From assembly GCA_903813345.2 (NCBI GenBank), contig CAIIXF020000001.1:19716001-19780000 (forward strand): a DNA stretch of 64,000 bases. The letters run 5' to 3'. A model generated the notes under the pieces. It did no database searches and was not told the DNA's origin. It saw nothing but the letters and a program-made list of their open reading frames with translations. The number at the start of each line of letters is the position of its first letter. Position 1 is the stretch's first letter. This document shows positions 40,701 through 53,501 of the stretch, in pieces. The translations under genes and the position numbers were made by a program. The DNA comes from Owenia fusiformis. Lineage: Eukaryota.

Positions 40701-43700
40701 GTTGGAAACAGTAGAGTTCCCCAGGTAAAATTCTAAGGATTAAGAATACAGAATTCCTGTCATTACCTTATGAAAGTTCAGAATTCCACCATTACATTTT
40801 ATTACTGTGACATTGTTATATCCATGGTTATAATAATTAATAATTAAAAAATCTATGGAAAAATCATAATTTTAAAAGTATTGAGTAATTGATTTACATG
40901 TAACCCTGTATTTACAGGGAGTGCATATTATCTTATCAGAAGAGGTTTTTATTTTTATCTATCTATCTATTGGCTTCAACAAAACCTTTCTGCACTACTG
41001 TTCTATACTAGAAACGTGTGGAAATTATTCTATAATTTACTGTTATGAACATCATGAAGAGACATCTGTGACATGATAATTACAATAGTTGTGAAGCAAA
41101 TAGTTCCATGAAATTACTAAATTATTAGATGCTTCACCCTGACAGACAATGCATCATTAGGGTGTTACAAAGTATTATTCGGGTGTTACAATGTATTATT
41201 AGGGTGTCGTCTTTACGGATCTGGGATCTTTAGGACAAAGTCATTTAGAAGAAACAAAATAATACTAGATTATTTAACCTGATTTAATGGGAGTGTGATT
41301 AAAACCAATCAGATTTATACGTTTGTAAATTCATTTGGTGGATGATAAAAATTTGTGAAAACAACATTTTCTGTATTTCTCAAGCATCTTTGAATAACAT
41401 GTGTTGTCTAATTAAGCCATAATTAATCATTTGATTGGCACTCAAATATGAATGTTAGTGACCCTATTCCAGGACCATAATCAGCATTGCTGCTGAAGCA
41501 GTGAACACCTGTTATATTTTCTAAGAAACATTTCAAGCCTACGCTCACTCGTGCAGATATCATATCCATTTGTGGATAAAAATCATATCACTCATAAATC
41601 ATAGGATATCCTCTATTTATTTCATAAGAATTTAACACATATTCATACATTATATCTATACCTAATTTATAGTGACACTTTGGGTGACAGATCCTTTTTA
41701 AGTTGAAAAACATTGTTCATGGAGATAATGAGTTCACTGCATCTAAAATAAGAGTATACCACTTGTTCTATTGCTTTGATATTTTCAGAAAATGTCTTCA
41801 AGTCTATTGATAGTATAAGCTACATATCATTATGAATTAAAAATATTTCAGGTTATTATAAGGAAGAGGATTACAGCTACTGACCCTTTAAGATGATTAC
41901 ATTCCAGAATGAAACTTGGCTACATTCTCACAACAGGCTAATCCTGACTTTCAGAGGATGAATAAATCGCATTATTTGCTTGATTATTTCTATAAAAATA
42001 GTTATGTTCCCAAATTTAAGAATTACGATGATGTAAAAACATTAAGCTAAATGCTAAACTTTGAACACAAAATGCCAAGTTTGAATACAAAAGGTGAGCT
42101 GACATGTGTAATGAGTTGGCAAGGTTTCTAATTTGACTGTACTATTATTGTTATAATTGGATTATGCCTTATATTTATTTTAGGGTTTGAATCTCATTAA
42201 AATATGAACCTCAAGGTCGAATTTTCATTTTCACATTTGCAGTTCATCTTTTAAGTTACCTCTATGAGTAGATTTCCAGTTTTACGCAAATGCATACTCA
42301 CACACTCATATGAGTAATTGATAATATACTCAACTTGAGTAAATATTCACTCACCTTGAGTATGATATTCTGTCTTGTGAGTGGGTCAGCATTGTGTAGG
42401 AGCTCAATTAGTCTCATGGCCCACAAAGCTGAGGACATTTTCTCCATACCAGGGCTTCTCCTGAAGTAAAAATAATTAAGGTTTTATGAAAGCCTTAGCC
42501 ATTATGCCATCTTCGTTCACTCGGCTCCCATCTGTGAACGCAGTCGATGAACGCAGTGAAGACAGAACGTGCGAAGATGCCATTATGCAGGGTGACCCAA
42601 AAAATTTGACTTCCAGTATACTTGATTGAATAACTTTATTATGCAAGATAGAGTCTCCTTTTCCTTATTTGTCAAAAGTTAGTTCAATTAATGTATAAAC
42701 ACTTTCTAGAATTCTACATAAATGTGGAAGAGTAGGAGACTCTAGCATGGATAAAAGTTTTATATTTGTATATGGTGTATTCCTTGTCAGCCTATTGAGC
42801 ACTTTCACTTACAAGTGTTTTTCTCATTCTTTGTTCAATTTCACAGATATCAGGGAGGGTAAGTTACGTGTTTTTAAGATAACCTGTACGTGAGTGTGTA
42901 ATATTTTAACGACCAAGGATGACTGCCACGCTCTCAATTCACTTTTCTAGGGACCTAATTAGAATTATTTTCCATATACCTCAATCAGCCAAGAAAACAT
43001 TACAAATGGGAGAACCAATCCACAGAGTACCATAATTCTACATGTCCATGTTTAAGTTTTTAAAAAAATGTGTGTCTCAACCTCCCTAATAGCTCAATTG
43101 CTGCAAATGGTTCATGTTATCCACAAACAGGGTGCATTTCAATCATTCCAAATCAATAAGATTAAGAAACTAGTTAAGAGTGTACAGTCTGGAAGTAAAT
43201 GTACAATACATAACCACTGATTATCTTTCCAAATTCCTGAATCGTAATATTTTCTTGTAGAATAGTTAACATTTCATTTTCTTTTGACAAACATTGGGTG
43301 GGAGCCAAATAACAAATGGCTTTTTATTTTAAGTATCAAAATGGCTGGGATTCAATAGTCTCCAACCCTCCAGGTCAACTGAACATAAATATTGACCGAA
43401 GTGTACAATTCAATCAATTGGTTGATACTGTTGTAAAGGGAGTGTTGTCTGGTGTTTTTCAAGAGGAATGTGTAAGTACAAGCGCCAAAATGGAAGACCA
43501 AAGAGTAACAAGGCATGCAACATGCCAAAATGTCACATTTGTTACAAATATCGAACACCAACTGCTGAATGCCAAACACTGTGCACAAAAAGTTGGAAAC
43601 ACCACTTCTGGTAGTGAGATAATAAATACACCAAAATATGGTTTCAAAAATAAACAGTTAACAGTCAATGTCTAACGACCCCTCCTCACCATATAAAAGG

Positions 43701-46700
43701 TGGAAATTAGAGAAAAGGACCATCGTATTTTCTCACTATATGTGCATTTACTTACTTGTATTTTGATTCCAGGTAGTTATCATCTCTACTGGGAATATCA
43801 TCATACTTCTTGTGATATCTTTGTGGGCTCTGAAATAGTGGAAAAATAATTTTAAGATGTGGTCTCAAAGTTTATTTTTTTTATTCATTTATTTCATCCA
43901 CCATATTTGATGTGTTCAAATAAAAATTTCACATTGCAGAATTTCAAAATACATTGTACATTGTATGTTATATCAGTATAAGCATATTGCAATTTCAGAT
44001 ATTATTCTGAAATATATCAATACATGCAAATATACAAATAGGCATACACTCTAATTTTCCAGAAAAAATAAAATTTCTTTAAAAAAGTACTCATATATAA
44101 TATACTATAAATCTATTGTTTATCAGCAAAATATCTCTATGATAAAACAAATTGAATTTTTTTCAAAAAAAATTTCATTTCAGATTGTATATAACCTAGG
44201 GATAAACCAAATATCACATCATTTCTTGTGATATTTGATATCAACTCATTGGATATTCTGCATTTACAAATCTTGCTCTCACTTTTTGAGATGCATAGCA
44301 CAAAACACACATAGCTTCCTATTTCTTTTCATTAGCAATATGACAATACACTTGTGGTGATGTCTATCAATCAACATATTATTTGATGTAAGCCTATACC
44401 AGTTGGATAAAGCATGTTTGGATTACTGATGGGGTTTAGATATCAAATATCATTAGTTTAAACTTACCATAAAAATAACAAAAAACACTAAAAATCAGTT
44501 AGATTTGTGTTTATTTTGATTGATTTTCTGAATCAAATGTAACTTGAATTTAAATATGAAACTTTGAAACCTGAACTCTCTGAAATTTAAACAAAAAGTG
44601 GAAGAAATTCGGTACTCAAGGATAACAGGTTTTTTTTGATGAAGATCATATTTTCTTTCTTAAAGATGCATGGCTATAAATACACATACTCTCACCAGGG
44701 TATTTTTGAAGAGTTTTCTGTTATTTTTAGCATAACATTTAACATTTTTTATTTTCATGGAATTTTTGAAACTTTAAGGAGCATTGAATTATTGGAAGCC
44801 ACAGATATCTCTCTTTATTGGGAACCCTGATATATTTTATGACTGACATGAACAATCAATGATCATTATTACCAAGGTCAGCATCTAATAGACTATTAAT
44901 GGATATAAACAGATAACATTAACAGATACGGAATGATATATAAGTCAGAAATTAATAATTTGTACAAATCTTCACGAGACTAGATCTAAATTAAAGCCGT
45001 AGCAACACTAACGTCACAATACCTTTAATTAGGCTTCTTATCCAGTGCATGCAGGATCTTTCATTTGACAAGACATTAATTAAATGTAATATTAGGATAC
45101 AAGATGAGATGTTGTGAGTACAAATCATGTACAATGTATAAATATAGAGGATTGTTATCTCTTAAGTCTGAACCAGGACCTCTATTAAAATCCCCACCCC
45201 CAAGTTTTAATTTCCAAGAGACTGGCATCTTAGAAGGAAGCTTGGACAAGATCCTCTCAATATTTTCTCAATTATCATTTTCTAACATGTATGCAGTTCT
45301 AGATAGAGTATATCCATGTACATGTAGTTTGAAATCAAATACAATGAGATACCAAAAACATGGTCATCTTAAATCCAATAAATATGGCAAGATTTATGCA
45401 AAACTACAATACAGAGTGTGTATATTTGTTTCATGGTAAAATATAAAAATCAAGTGGGTTATTTTGTATTCTTCTAAAAAAAATCAAATGTGATGGTTGG
45501 TCATTTATATGGTATTAAATTCCTTTAACTTAAGGTAGGTGAACCTTTAAATTACACAAGATGTTTTAACTTAGTATTTACCTTATGCATTAGTTTTTAG
45601 TTTGACTTCCCCTCTTAAAAGAGAGCTTCGTCTGTACTCAGGGTATGTAACCATACACGTTAAAGTTCTGATTTAGTCATTAATCTTTTAGTACTTCTTT
45701 GAGATATTTTGGAGTAGAGTACATTAACTAGAATTGGTCGGAATTTATATCTGAGCAAATATTTGAGCATAAGATTTATTCAAAAGACTGCATATAATTC
45801 TTAAACGATAAGAGCAGACTTATGCAATTAACCATTAAATATTATTATTTAATATGGCATTATCAAAAATTCACTTGAAAAATCAAGGACATTTAAAGCT
45901 TTAGATTGGAACACTCCTTACGTAAAGTGTTTTGATTTAGAATTGCGAACTACTCTTTAGACACAATGGATTTTAATTGAATCATTTAGCCTGGATTATT
46001 ATTTTATTATTGTTCAAGATTAAGTAAGAAGTTGCAAAGAGTAGGGTTACCTCACAACTCTGAATGTTTTACTATGAACATCAGATTTGGAAGTCAAAAT
46101 CACCTCATTTCAGCACCACTGATTTAAAAATTCAAACTTTCCAATGGTATTTTATAAAAATGATGTAGTATAGCTGTGTTTTCTTAGAACTGAAGCAATT
46201 TCCTGAATTCCTGAATGTCTGTTCTTTCTGCTTCATGAGGGAATACACGTAATACTATTCCAAACATATAAAATACAATGTCAATAACGCTTGGCCCCAC
46301 AAAGCAGAATCAATTGAAACTTTTTTGAAAAGAGCAACAATGAAAATAAATGTTCAACTTGAACTTCTAAAAATAGCAAATAATTCATTTTTGAATGAAT
46401 CAGTAAAATGGTATTGTTATTTTTGTCTTGAAGACAAGAACACTGCACAAGAGGAATGCAAGAATAGTAATTGGTAGACCTTGGTAGACAAATTGGTATT
46501 TTCTTAACAACAGTCTATGGTACCTAGATATTTGTAGTGTCTGTCAAGTAATCCAATAATACATAGTTCACCTCTTAAGCAAATACAGGTCTGACAATCG
46601 AAAACAAATGTATAAACATAAATCTAAGATCAAGAAATAAGTCAAACTGGTTTTAAGTTTGTGCTATCTGTAATATGGAAGCTGTTCCCTATATTAGCAG

Positions 46701-48522
46701 TAGGTAATAGGCAGCAATTTGACAAAGGTTTTTACAAAACTTGGGAGGATGAGACCTAAATATGTTTGTATTTTGATGAACTAATGGTGATCAGGCCCAT
46801 AGGCAGAGGGGCCGGAGTTCATCCAAAAATTCGTACAAAATCATACAGTTTTCACTATTCCGAGCACCTTTCAAGTAATTTTGGGCCAAAACTGTCAAAT
46901 GTAACCCCCCTGAAATATTTTGAAAAGTGAACACACCTTGAGAGAAGCTGTCTATGGGCCTGGTTATAAAATCTGAAGATATATAAAGGCTAGATGAAGG
47001 AAATGTCTTACTGTGAAATGGTTTGAAGAGTTTGAATCATCAAGTTGTATTGTATAAGAGTCCTCCATATTGGCCTTGATAGACTGGATGGTGAAGAGGC
47101 TGTTGTCAAGGTCAAGTTGACCCACCATCTGGTCAATGGAGTGAGACTGTGTACGTGTGAAGTTGGGAGAGTATGTTCTAGGGCCTACAGGTGAGCTAGC
47201 CATGTAATGCTCTGAGGAGTGTGCCCTAGTTCTTCGGGAAACCCGTCTCCCAGAATACATTCCAAGATACTTTTTCCCAGTGGGTGACAAAGGTTCATAA
47301 GCCTCAGTTTCATCATGTGATACTTTAATATGGGATTGCAGTTCAAGTGATCTATTGAGCAATGAATCCAAATCATCATCTTCACTGTCACTACTTGTGT
47401 ATGGGTAACTATTAGGTGCTGGGTAAAGATCATGGGTGGCAGGGTTTCCACTCACCGAATCATATTTAGTTGCAGCTGTTAGTGGATAAACTCCTGTAGA
47501 TGTTGCTGGATATGTCCCTACAGCTGTTACAGGATTTCCTTTTACTAAAGAGGTTCCTGATTTGAGCGTTTGATCATAGTTCTGTTTGGGTTCATTGTAT
47601 TGTATTTCTGCGAGTCTCATTCTAGAATTACTTTGCTTGTCCATATTCCCTGATTTAAAAGGTGTCCTCCCCATAGATTTTGCACCAATGTCAAGGTCAT
47701 ATGACCTGAGTGTGCTTGAGCTGAGTTGTCTAATGGGTGAGGTCTGAGCATTCTTTGATGTCTTGCATATATCTGGGCTTGTCTGACACCCAGTTGATTC
47801 CTTTAAATCATCAACGCTCATAATTTGTGGCACCTGATTTGAATTATCCATATTTGGCATGTATGCAGTTCTAGACTGAGTATATTCATAAGTTTGTAAA
47901 GGTAGGGACTGAGCAAGTCTATGTTCATTTAGATGTGATGTATGAAGACTCTGATCATTGTATGTGGTCAAAGAGTGATCACCATCGCCATTTTGGCTTG
48001 TGTGATTCTGACGTGACGTGTAATGAGAACCTAAAGTCTTTGTGCTTGTTTTACTTTTGTTACAATCTGTTAGCTGCTTGTCTAGTTCCAAGAGCTGACT
48101 GTCAATTTCCTGCAGTCTTATCCGATGCTTACTCAGCTCTAACGATGAGTTATTTGAGTCTGTTGAGTATACCCCCGAATTGTTTACATCATTGCATGAG
48201 GGTGCTATTTGAGTATTATAACTATTATATGAACTGTTTCCCATTTGGGAATTTGGCATTTTTTCGAAGTATCCATTTCCAGAATTCAATGTACTAGTCC
48301 TCTGATTTCCATAAAAATTATCTCCAAATGATGATCCATGTAACAAATACGAATCATCTTTCTGTTGATTTAAATATCTTACTGTCCCTGAGGACATGTC
48401 ATTGGCTGATGCGTAATCCCAAGACATGGTTTCTAATACTGGAGTTTCAGCTTTGCTCCTCTTATATACACCTAATTGGTTACCATGGTAACTTGATTGT
48501 CGCTGAATCTGGTTTTCATCAT
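25797..48522 (-). CDS. SFI1: Large Sfi1-repeat (centrin-binding-type) protein, ~2390 aa, at least 33 exons; 5'-most exon uncertain
   Basis: GT-AG exons on the - strand with matching phases: 47012-48522, 43756-43829, 42355-42460, 38826-38905, 38331-38553, 37946-38145, 37721-37807, 37451-37540, 36811-37002, 36395-36652, 35980-36114, 35642-35739, 35102-35288, 34673-34777, 34109-34334, 33794-33969, 33182-33552, 32741-32942, 32345-32510, 31911-32117, 31238-31381, 30670-30818, 30183-30327, 29606-29723, 29282-29426, 28845-29106, 28419-28657, 28162-28252, 27666-27879, 27356-27500, 26738-27115, 26315-26450, 25797-26108 (7172 nt). Dozens of A-x7-LL-x3-F/L-x2-W[KR] helical repeats (LLAHYFYLWR, LISKYFITWR, VLARMFNAWC, LRKRIFQAWS). 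The symbol is family-level; this could be another Sfi1-repeat protein (C1orf167/CCDC191-like). Confidence 0.88.
29902..30034. mobile_element. Degenerate TA-flanked MITE
   Basis: TA-CAATAAAACCTG...TGTTCCACTTGACAGATTTTACTA-TA; resembles the 4295 and 20182 family. Confidence 0.5.
30481..30656. repeat. Degenerate ~18-20 bp minisatellite (CCCCAAGTCAACT core)
   Basis: About 9 imperfect units (caaatcaact, aagtcaactt, aagtcaactg, aagtcaacta, aagtcaacgg) in an Sfi1-like intron, next to a splice donor. Confidence 0.65.
39150..39422. mobile_element. Hairpin-containing interspersed repeat, copy 1
   Basis: Internal inverted repeat TGCTACTGAGATTGTCCCC...GGGGACAATCTCAGTAGCA; reverse-complement homolog at about 53598-53880. 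Confidence 0.7.
40561..40695. mobile_element. Palindromic MITE (Harbinger-like TAA/TTA ends)
   Basis: TAATGCCTTGGTCACATTTGCTCCGAT...ATCGGAGCAAATGTGACCCAGGCATTA; a related end fragment lies near 57330-57352. Confidence 0.7.
42508..42579. mobile_element. 72-bp micro-MITE with 9-bp TSD
   Basis: TIR CATCTTCG/CGAAGATG, flanked by CCATTATGC at 42499-42507 and 42580-42588. Confidence 0.7.
46792..46962. mobile_element. CAGGCCC-ended MITE
   Basis: CAGGCCCATAG...CTATGGGCCTG, imperfect 5-bp flanks GTGAT/GTTAT. The interior is related in reverse to 59929-60127. Confidence 0.6.
48479..48492. promoter_or_regulatory. Perfect RFX X-box palindrome
   Basis: GTTACCATGGTAAC, about 30 nt inside the first large coding exon of the Sfi1-like gene. 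Confidence 0.4.
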
Positions 48523-50369
48523 CTGAAAATACATCACCACAAATTAAAGCATGTATTACTATCATATGTAATATGACTTTTTCTGATATAGATAATGGAA
48601 TATCCGAATCAATTTCTACACGATTAATTGGCAAACCTTGTCATGCAAATATCAACCATTAAAACTATAGTTGATGATTTCGATACTACACAATTATCTA
48701 TAATGTACATTTGCATCTCGATTTATATCTATGAGCATCTGATTCTACAAATATCGACAGATCATATTTGCATTATGAACAAAAATGACATGTTCTATTA
48801 TAAAGTTGATTGATATGAAAAAATTTAATGCATCATTTAACACAAACAGAAAAATTCATACAGGTACTTTATATTCCTGTTTTAATATTTCTATAACAAT
48901 GACTAATATAAGACATTTTTTTAGTTAAATCTCTTGATGATATCACCTTGCAAAAATACAGTATCTTAAAATTGTTGCAAATAAATCTCTATTATAGCAG
49001 ACATATGCTAAACTAAACATGCCCATCTTCATGTAGTTTGTCTTTATACAGAAAACAAGTAACAAGTACTGCATTTGATTTATGAAACCAATTTGCCTCC
49101 AAAGCCAACAAGATATGACTCATCTCATTTTTGTAATTATCTCAGGTAAACTCAGGTGTACTCGGGAGTAAATGACAAAATATATTAGTCTCATCAGCTT
49201 ATAGGCATACACCAGGTTAAGGCAGTGTATTAAAAGAAAATTAGATTTTTGCAAGTGACAGAAACATTGCGATAATACTATGATGCGCATCATCTGTTGC
49301 TGATAACAAAATTGTGCTGCATGCTATATCAATACTGAATAATTTCTAGATGCTGGGACCTTATTACATGCAAGTCTTATGAACCACTACAGTATAGTGC
49401 ACAGAATTCTTAACTTTATTTATGAACCATGCACTAAACCGTAAGATTATCAAACTTTAAGCAAATCTATACACTAAACCAAACAAACATTCTGGTTTAT
49501 CAGACTTCTCCTGCTTGCTCTGGTTCAAGACAAAGGGGGCACAGGTATCACAATACCAACCCAAGGCAATGATACAGTCTGGTGCTCAGTGCCAATTAAA
49601 TAACATTTAAAGAATGGTATCCCCTGCAGATATGCATAAGACTGAACAACAAAAATGGAAATGGTGAATATTGTATATGTCAATGTGTAAGTGTATTGGG
49701 CATGCAACAATATATAATGTGCCTGATTCTACCACACCTGAGCGCTGCAGAGAAACGCTGCATTTCCAAGAATTCAATTTTGCTTCTTTAAAAGAGAGTT
49801 TCATCTGCCTCTAATTACTAAGACTCAGTGTAAAGGGACTCTAACATGAAAGCAAAGGCTAATTATTAATATGAGAAGTCACATAGAGCAGAAGCCTGCT
49901 ATCATTTCCTTCACAGCAATAGACAGCAAATTACAGCTACAGGTGCTTCATTAAGAAATAATAAGACCCAATTGGAAAGAGAGCTAGTAAGAGTGAAATT
50001 AATAATCAGCTTGAACCTGAGTCCCATTAGTGTCATGATATCTTCTTTGCTTAAAGTGGATCTGCATAATGAGAAATTAAATGAAATTGTCATGGTTATA
50101 ATCAACAATAATTGATTAAATCAAAAAAGGTATTTTTTTACGTTATTATGTAGAGATTCAAATATTGTGTCGAAAAAAAAGAGTAAAAATCAAAATAGTT
50201 CAGTATTGATTGATAATTGCATTCTCCAAATCTTTTGTGTAAGTAAAAATCTCTGATTACACATCTCCCAGGAAATATATTAATATCTATTACCCAGGGT
50301 TCCTGTACCTGCATGTAACTCATTTAGAATGTTGACTACAAATGCGTCTGTTTAAAGGTGAAAAAAATA

Positions 50370-50547
50370 CAGGAAACCTGTCTTAGTGAACACCTCTCTC
50401 TAGAGAACACCTGTCTCTATAGAGGACACCCTTCCTCCACACATATTCTCTTGACTTCTGTATAAATGACCCTCTCTGTAGTGAACACCTACCAATGATG
50501 AATGGTTTTTCTTGGCAAAAAATGTTCAATATACACAGGTTTTACTG
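50370..50547. mobile_element. TA-flanked MITE (GTGAACAC family)
   Basis: TA-CAGGAAACCTGTCTTAGTGAACACC...ACAGGTTTTACTG-TA. Confidence 0.7.
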
Positions 50548-53473
50548 TAGTTCATGATCTTTACCACATTAAATTTGCATTGACAGAGTCACTTTCATAA
50601 ATCTTACTTTTGCATTCAACTGGCGTTGCTTCATAAAAGAGAACTTCATCTGCAGTTAGTTAGTTACAAGACTCTGTACTCATGGTAAAAAATAGGTTAT
50701 TTCATGTGGTTTGCATCATTTACGAATCATAGTTCTAGCCAATTTTTTCAATTACACCATTGCATCATTCACAAGTGCTTATTATATGCTATGTTATTAG
50801 TTTTGTTCTCTCTGCATAGAATATACTTACATGTCCAAAATATCACTATTTCTCCTTTCTTCTCATAAATTGTTAATAATCTTCACATTCTGTTTTACAT
50901 CTAATGCAGGGCAATGCTCTAAGGTGGTGTGAGATGATCGTTAGAATTTTAAACTTCAGAATTATCATTTGAATTAATCCCAAATATTGATTCTTTAAAT
51001 CTAAAATAAACATACAATACAACTAAAGGTATCTAAAAGTTGATAAAACAACAACAGAAGCTTAATATCCAACAACACAACAAACAATCTCAAATTCAAT
51101 TTTAAATCCCTATCTTTGAATTTTTCATTACTTATCTCCAAGCCTACATGTGTTATCTTTGCTTTAGTCATTAAGTCCCATGATTCAAGATTCTCCAAGC
51201 ATATGATTTTGCTTCTTAAAAGAGAGCTTCATCTGATATCTAACTTAATTTACAAAGCTCTGACACTTACAGGGTAAGAGAAAGAACATGTATGAATGTA
51301 TTGAATCAGTCTGTTCATCCTGGAACTCACCAACTACTGTGTCTAACTTCTCATCATCCAACTCCTATCATTTTATAATTATTATTTCTTGGCCACAATC
51401 TCACTTAAATACATTTTGTACAATGTTTCAAAATTGCTTAAATAAATTTTCATGACCAAAGTAAGTTTACAATCCATTTTTATATTAATCCTCTTTCTTC
51501 TTGGTATATGACTAAATAAAAAAATTCAAAGAAAGTTTATGTATTCCAGAAGCATCGTAATAGGCCTTTAGAATTTAAAAAATCTTTGCAAATGAGATGT
51601 CGTATATTTAGTTCTGATTGTATATATTCATAAATCCAGTTTTACTTTCTTTGTGTCTTGGAATCTATCAATGTTACTTAAAACCAATCATTGAATCTAC
51701 CAATTCTACTACTAATTCTCCTCATCTCTGATCTCAACTTTCCTGTATATCCATAAATAGCGACTGGGAGAAAATCCTATTAATGCAATGCATAGTAGAG
51801 TACACAATACACAAATACAGTGCTAAGTATTACAATAGATCTTTGAAGTCAAGATCTCCTGTTCAATCCCAGAAACTCGACCTTGTATGCCTTAAACATT
51901 ATGTTTTGAGAGTAGCCCTGAGACCAAGGGGCTAGAAGTAAAATACTACACTCTGGAAATTTGTAGAATGGAATAATTGTTTTGATATGATCTTGATTAT
52001 GATTATGACCTCGGCAAGAAACTTTAATGGGGGTTTGTGACACCCATTCTATTAGGCTTCTGATTGGAAGTGGTGAATATTTATTGCTGTTATAATATGG
52101 AAAAATGATAATGTCCCTTTCTATTGAAAATTAACAAGCAGATTTTTACAAGAGGAGTCTGAAAATTTAAAAGAAAACTCAAAGGGAGGAGGAGTGTGTG
52201 ACCTGAAAATAAATCAATCCATAATGGATCATGTAGGTTTTAGTTGATCTGTGTCCATTCTAAGCAAATTTATTTTTGAATGCCAGAGTTTAATGCAAAT
52301 TGAATTTTCCGATTACAATTCCTCTTTACCTACGGGATCCTATTTGTTCAACAGTAGGGTTGTAATAATACAAAGTGTAGTAAGAAAATGGCACTTTACA
52401 TTACTACTTGTTTTCTTTGGCTGCCGCTATCAAAAGTCGAGATTTATTACATTATAGATCACTTTGAAGAATTGTTTACTAAAGGAAGTCATACAAATGA
52501 CATACACCGTACCAGACAATAGCTCAATGGATTTATACAGTAAAAGGTAAAATAGAAATAAAACAAGTTATAAAAAGTCTATAGGGCAATACAAAATATC
52601 AGAGCTTGTGACCCAAAACTAGATCTTGAAATCAGCTGTGAAGAATTTTTCTATTTTCTATTTTTGATATTGCGGGTACCAATCTCTCCAAAAATACATC
52701 TACCACAAGTGTATATTTAAGAAATGATCATCTTCACATGATACATACAACCAAAATCTAATAAAGCATGCTGTTTCTTGAATTAAAGGTATTGGTAAAA
52801 TATAAATCTGTCGTGTCCAAGTAATAAAATGTATCCATACTCTAGAAATCTTAGCAACATCAAATAATAGGTCAAGTAGATGCCTAACTGTAGTAGCAAA
52901 ATACTCCAAACGATATGATGAATAGAAAAAACGGTTAGTTCTTTTTTGTTTGTGGTTTTGAAGTGGTCTGAACTTTTAATCCAGGATAAAAAGCAATTGG
53001 TTGTTAACTGAAAGAAGAAAAGACTTCAAATTGTCAAGTTGCAATGAGTTACAACCTTTCTCTGATATCTGGATATTGATATAATAGTAAAACCTTGTTA
53101 TATGTCAATGCACGAAAACAATTGAATAAAATAAAAAATAGTTCTTAATTCTATTAAATGTCAATTGTCAAATTTCTTTATTAGTTTTGAATCAAATTTC
53201 ATACTAAAAGTAAATATTTCATGTTATGTTTATTGTTACAAGTCTGGTGTTCTAAAACTTTGAAAATATCTCAAGGTTTTTCACCCCGAGGAACCATGGC
53301 CTTGGCCTTTGTAAAGCATAACCTATATGGATACCCATGGGCATTCACCCATGGGATATCTAATGACTTTACTGTGGCCTTGACGTTTGTAAATCATAAT
53401 CTAAAAGGATATCTTGTAAAGACCTATACCTATAGAAATGATGGATATCTGATCCATGTATACCTCTACTTAC

Positions 53474-53501
53474 CCTTTACTTCTTTAAAAGAGAGGTCCA
53501 T
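53474..53501 (-). CDS. Candidate 5' coding exon of the Sfi1-like gene (MDLSFKEVK, phase 1)
   Basis: tag|ATGGACCTCTCTTTTAAAGAAGTAAAGG|gtaagt. The donor is consensus and its phase 1 matches the phase-1 acceptor at 48522 (G+AT=Asp, giving ...EVKDDENQ). Confidence 0.45.

Noticed and set aside
43316-43675. 119-aa + strand ORF in an Sfi1-like intron
   Set aside because: No recognisable motif, splice partners or other support.
44696-44826. Exon-like segment (cag|...|gtgaga) in an Sfi1-like intron
   Set aside because: Stops in all three frames; the flanking exons 47012 and 43829 already join in phase 0.
48523-48634. N-terminal extension MPINRVEID... of the 556-aa ORF and its tail to 46964
   Set aside because: It starts at a non-ATG codon, and a good acceptor at 48522 and donor at 47012 bound the real exon.
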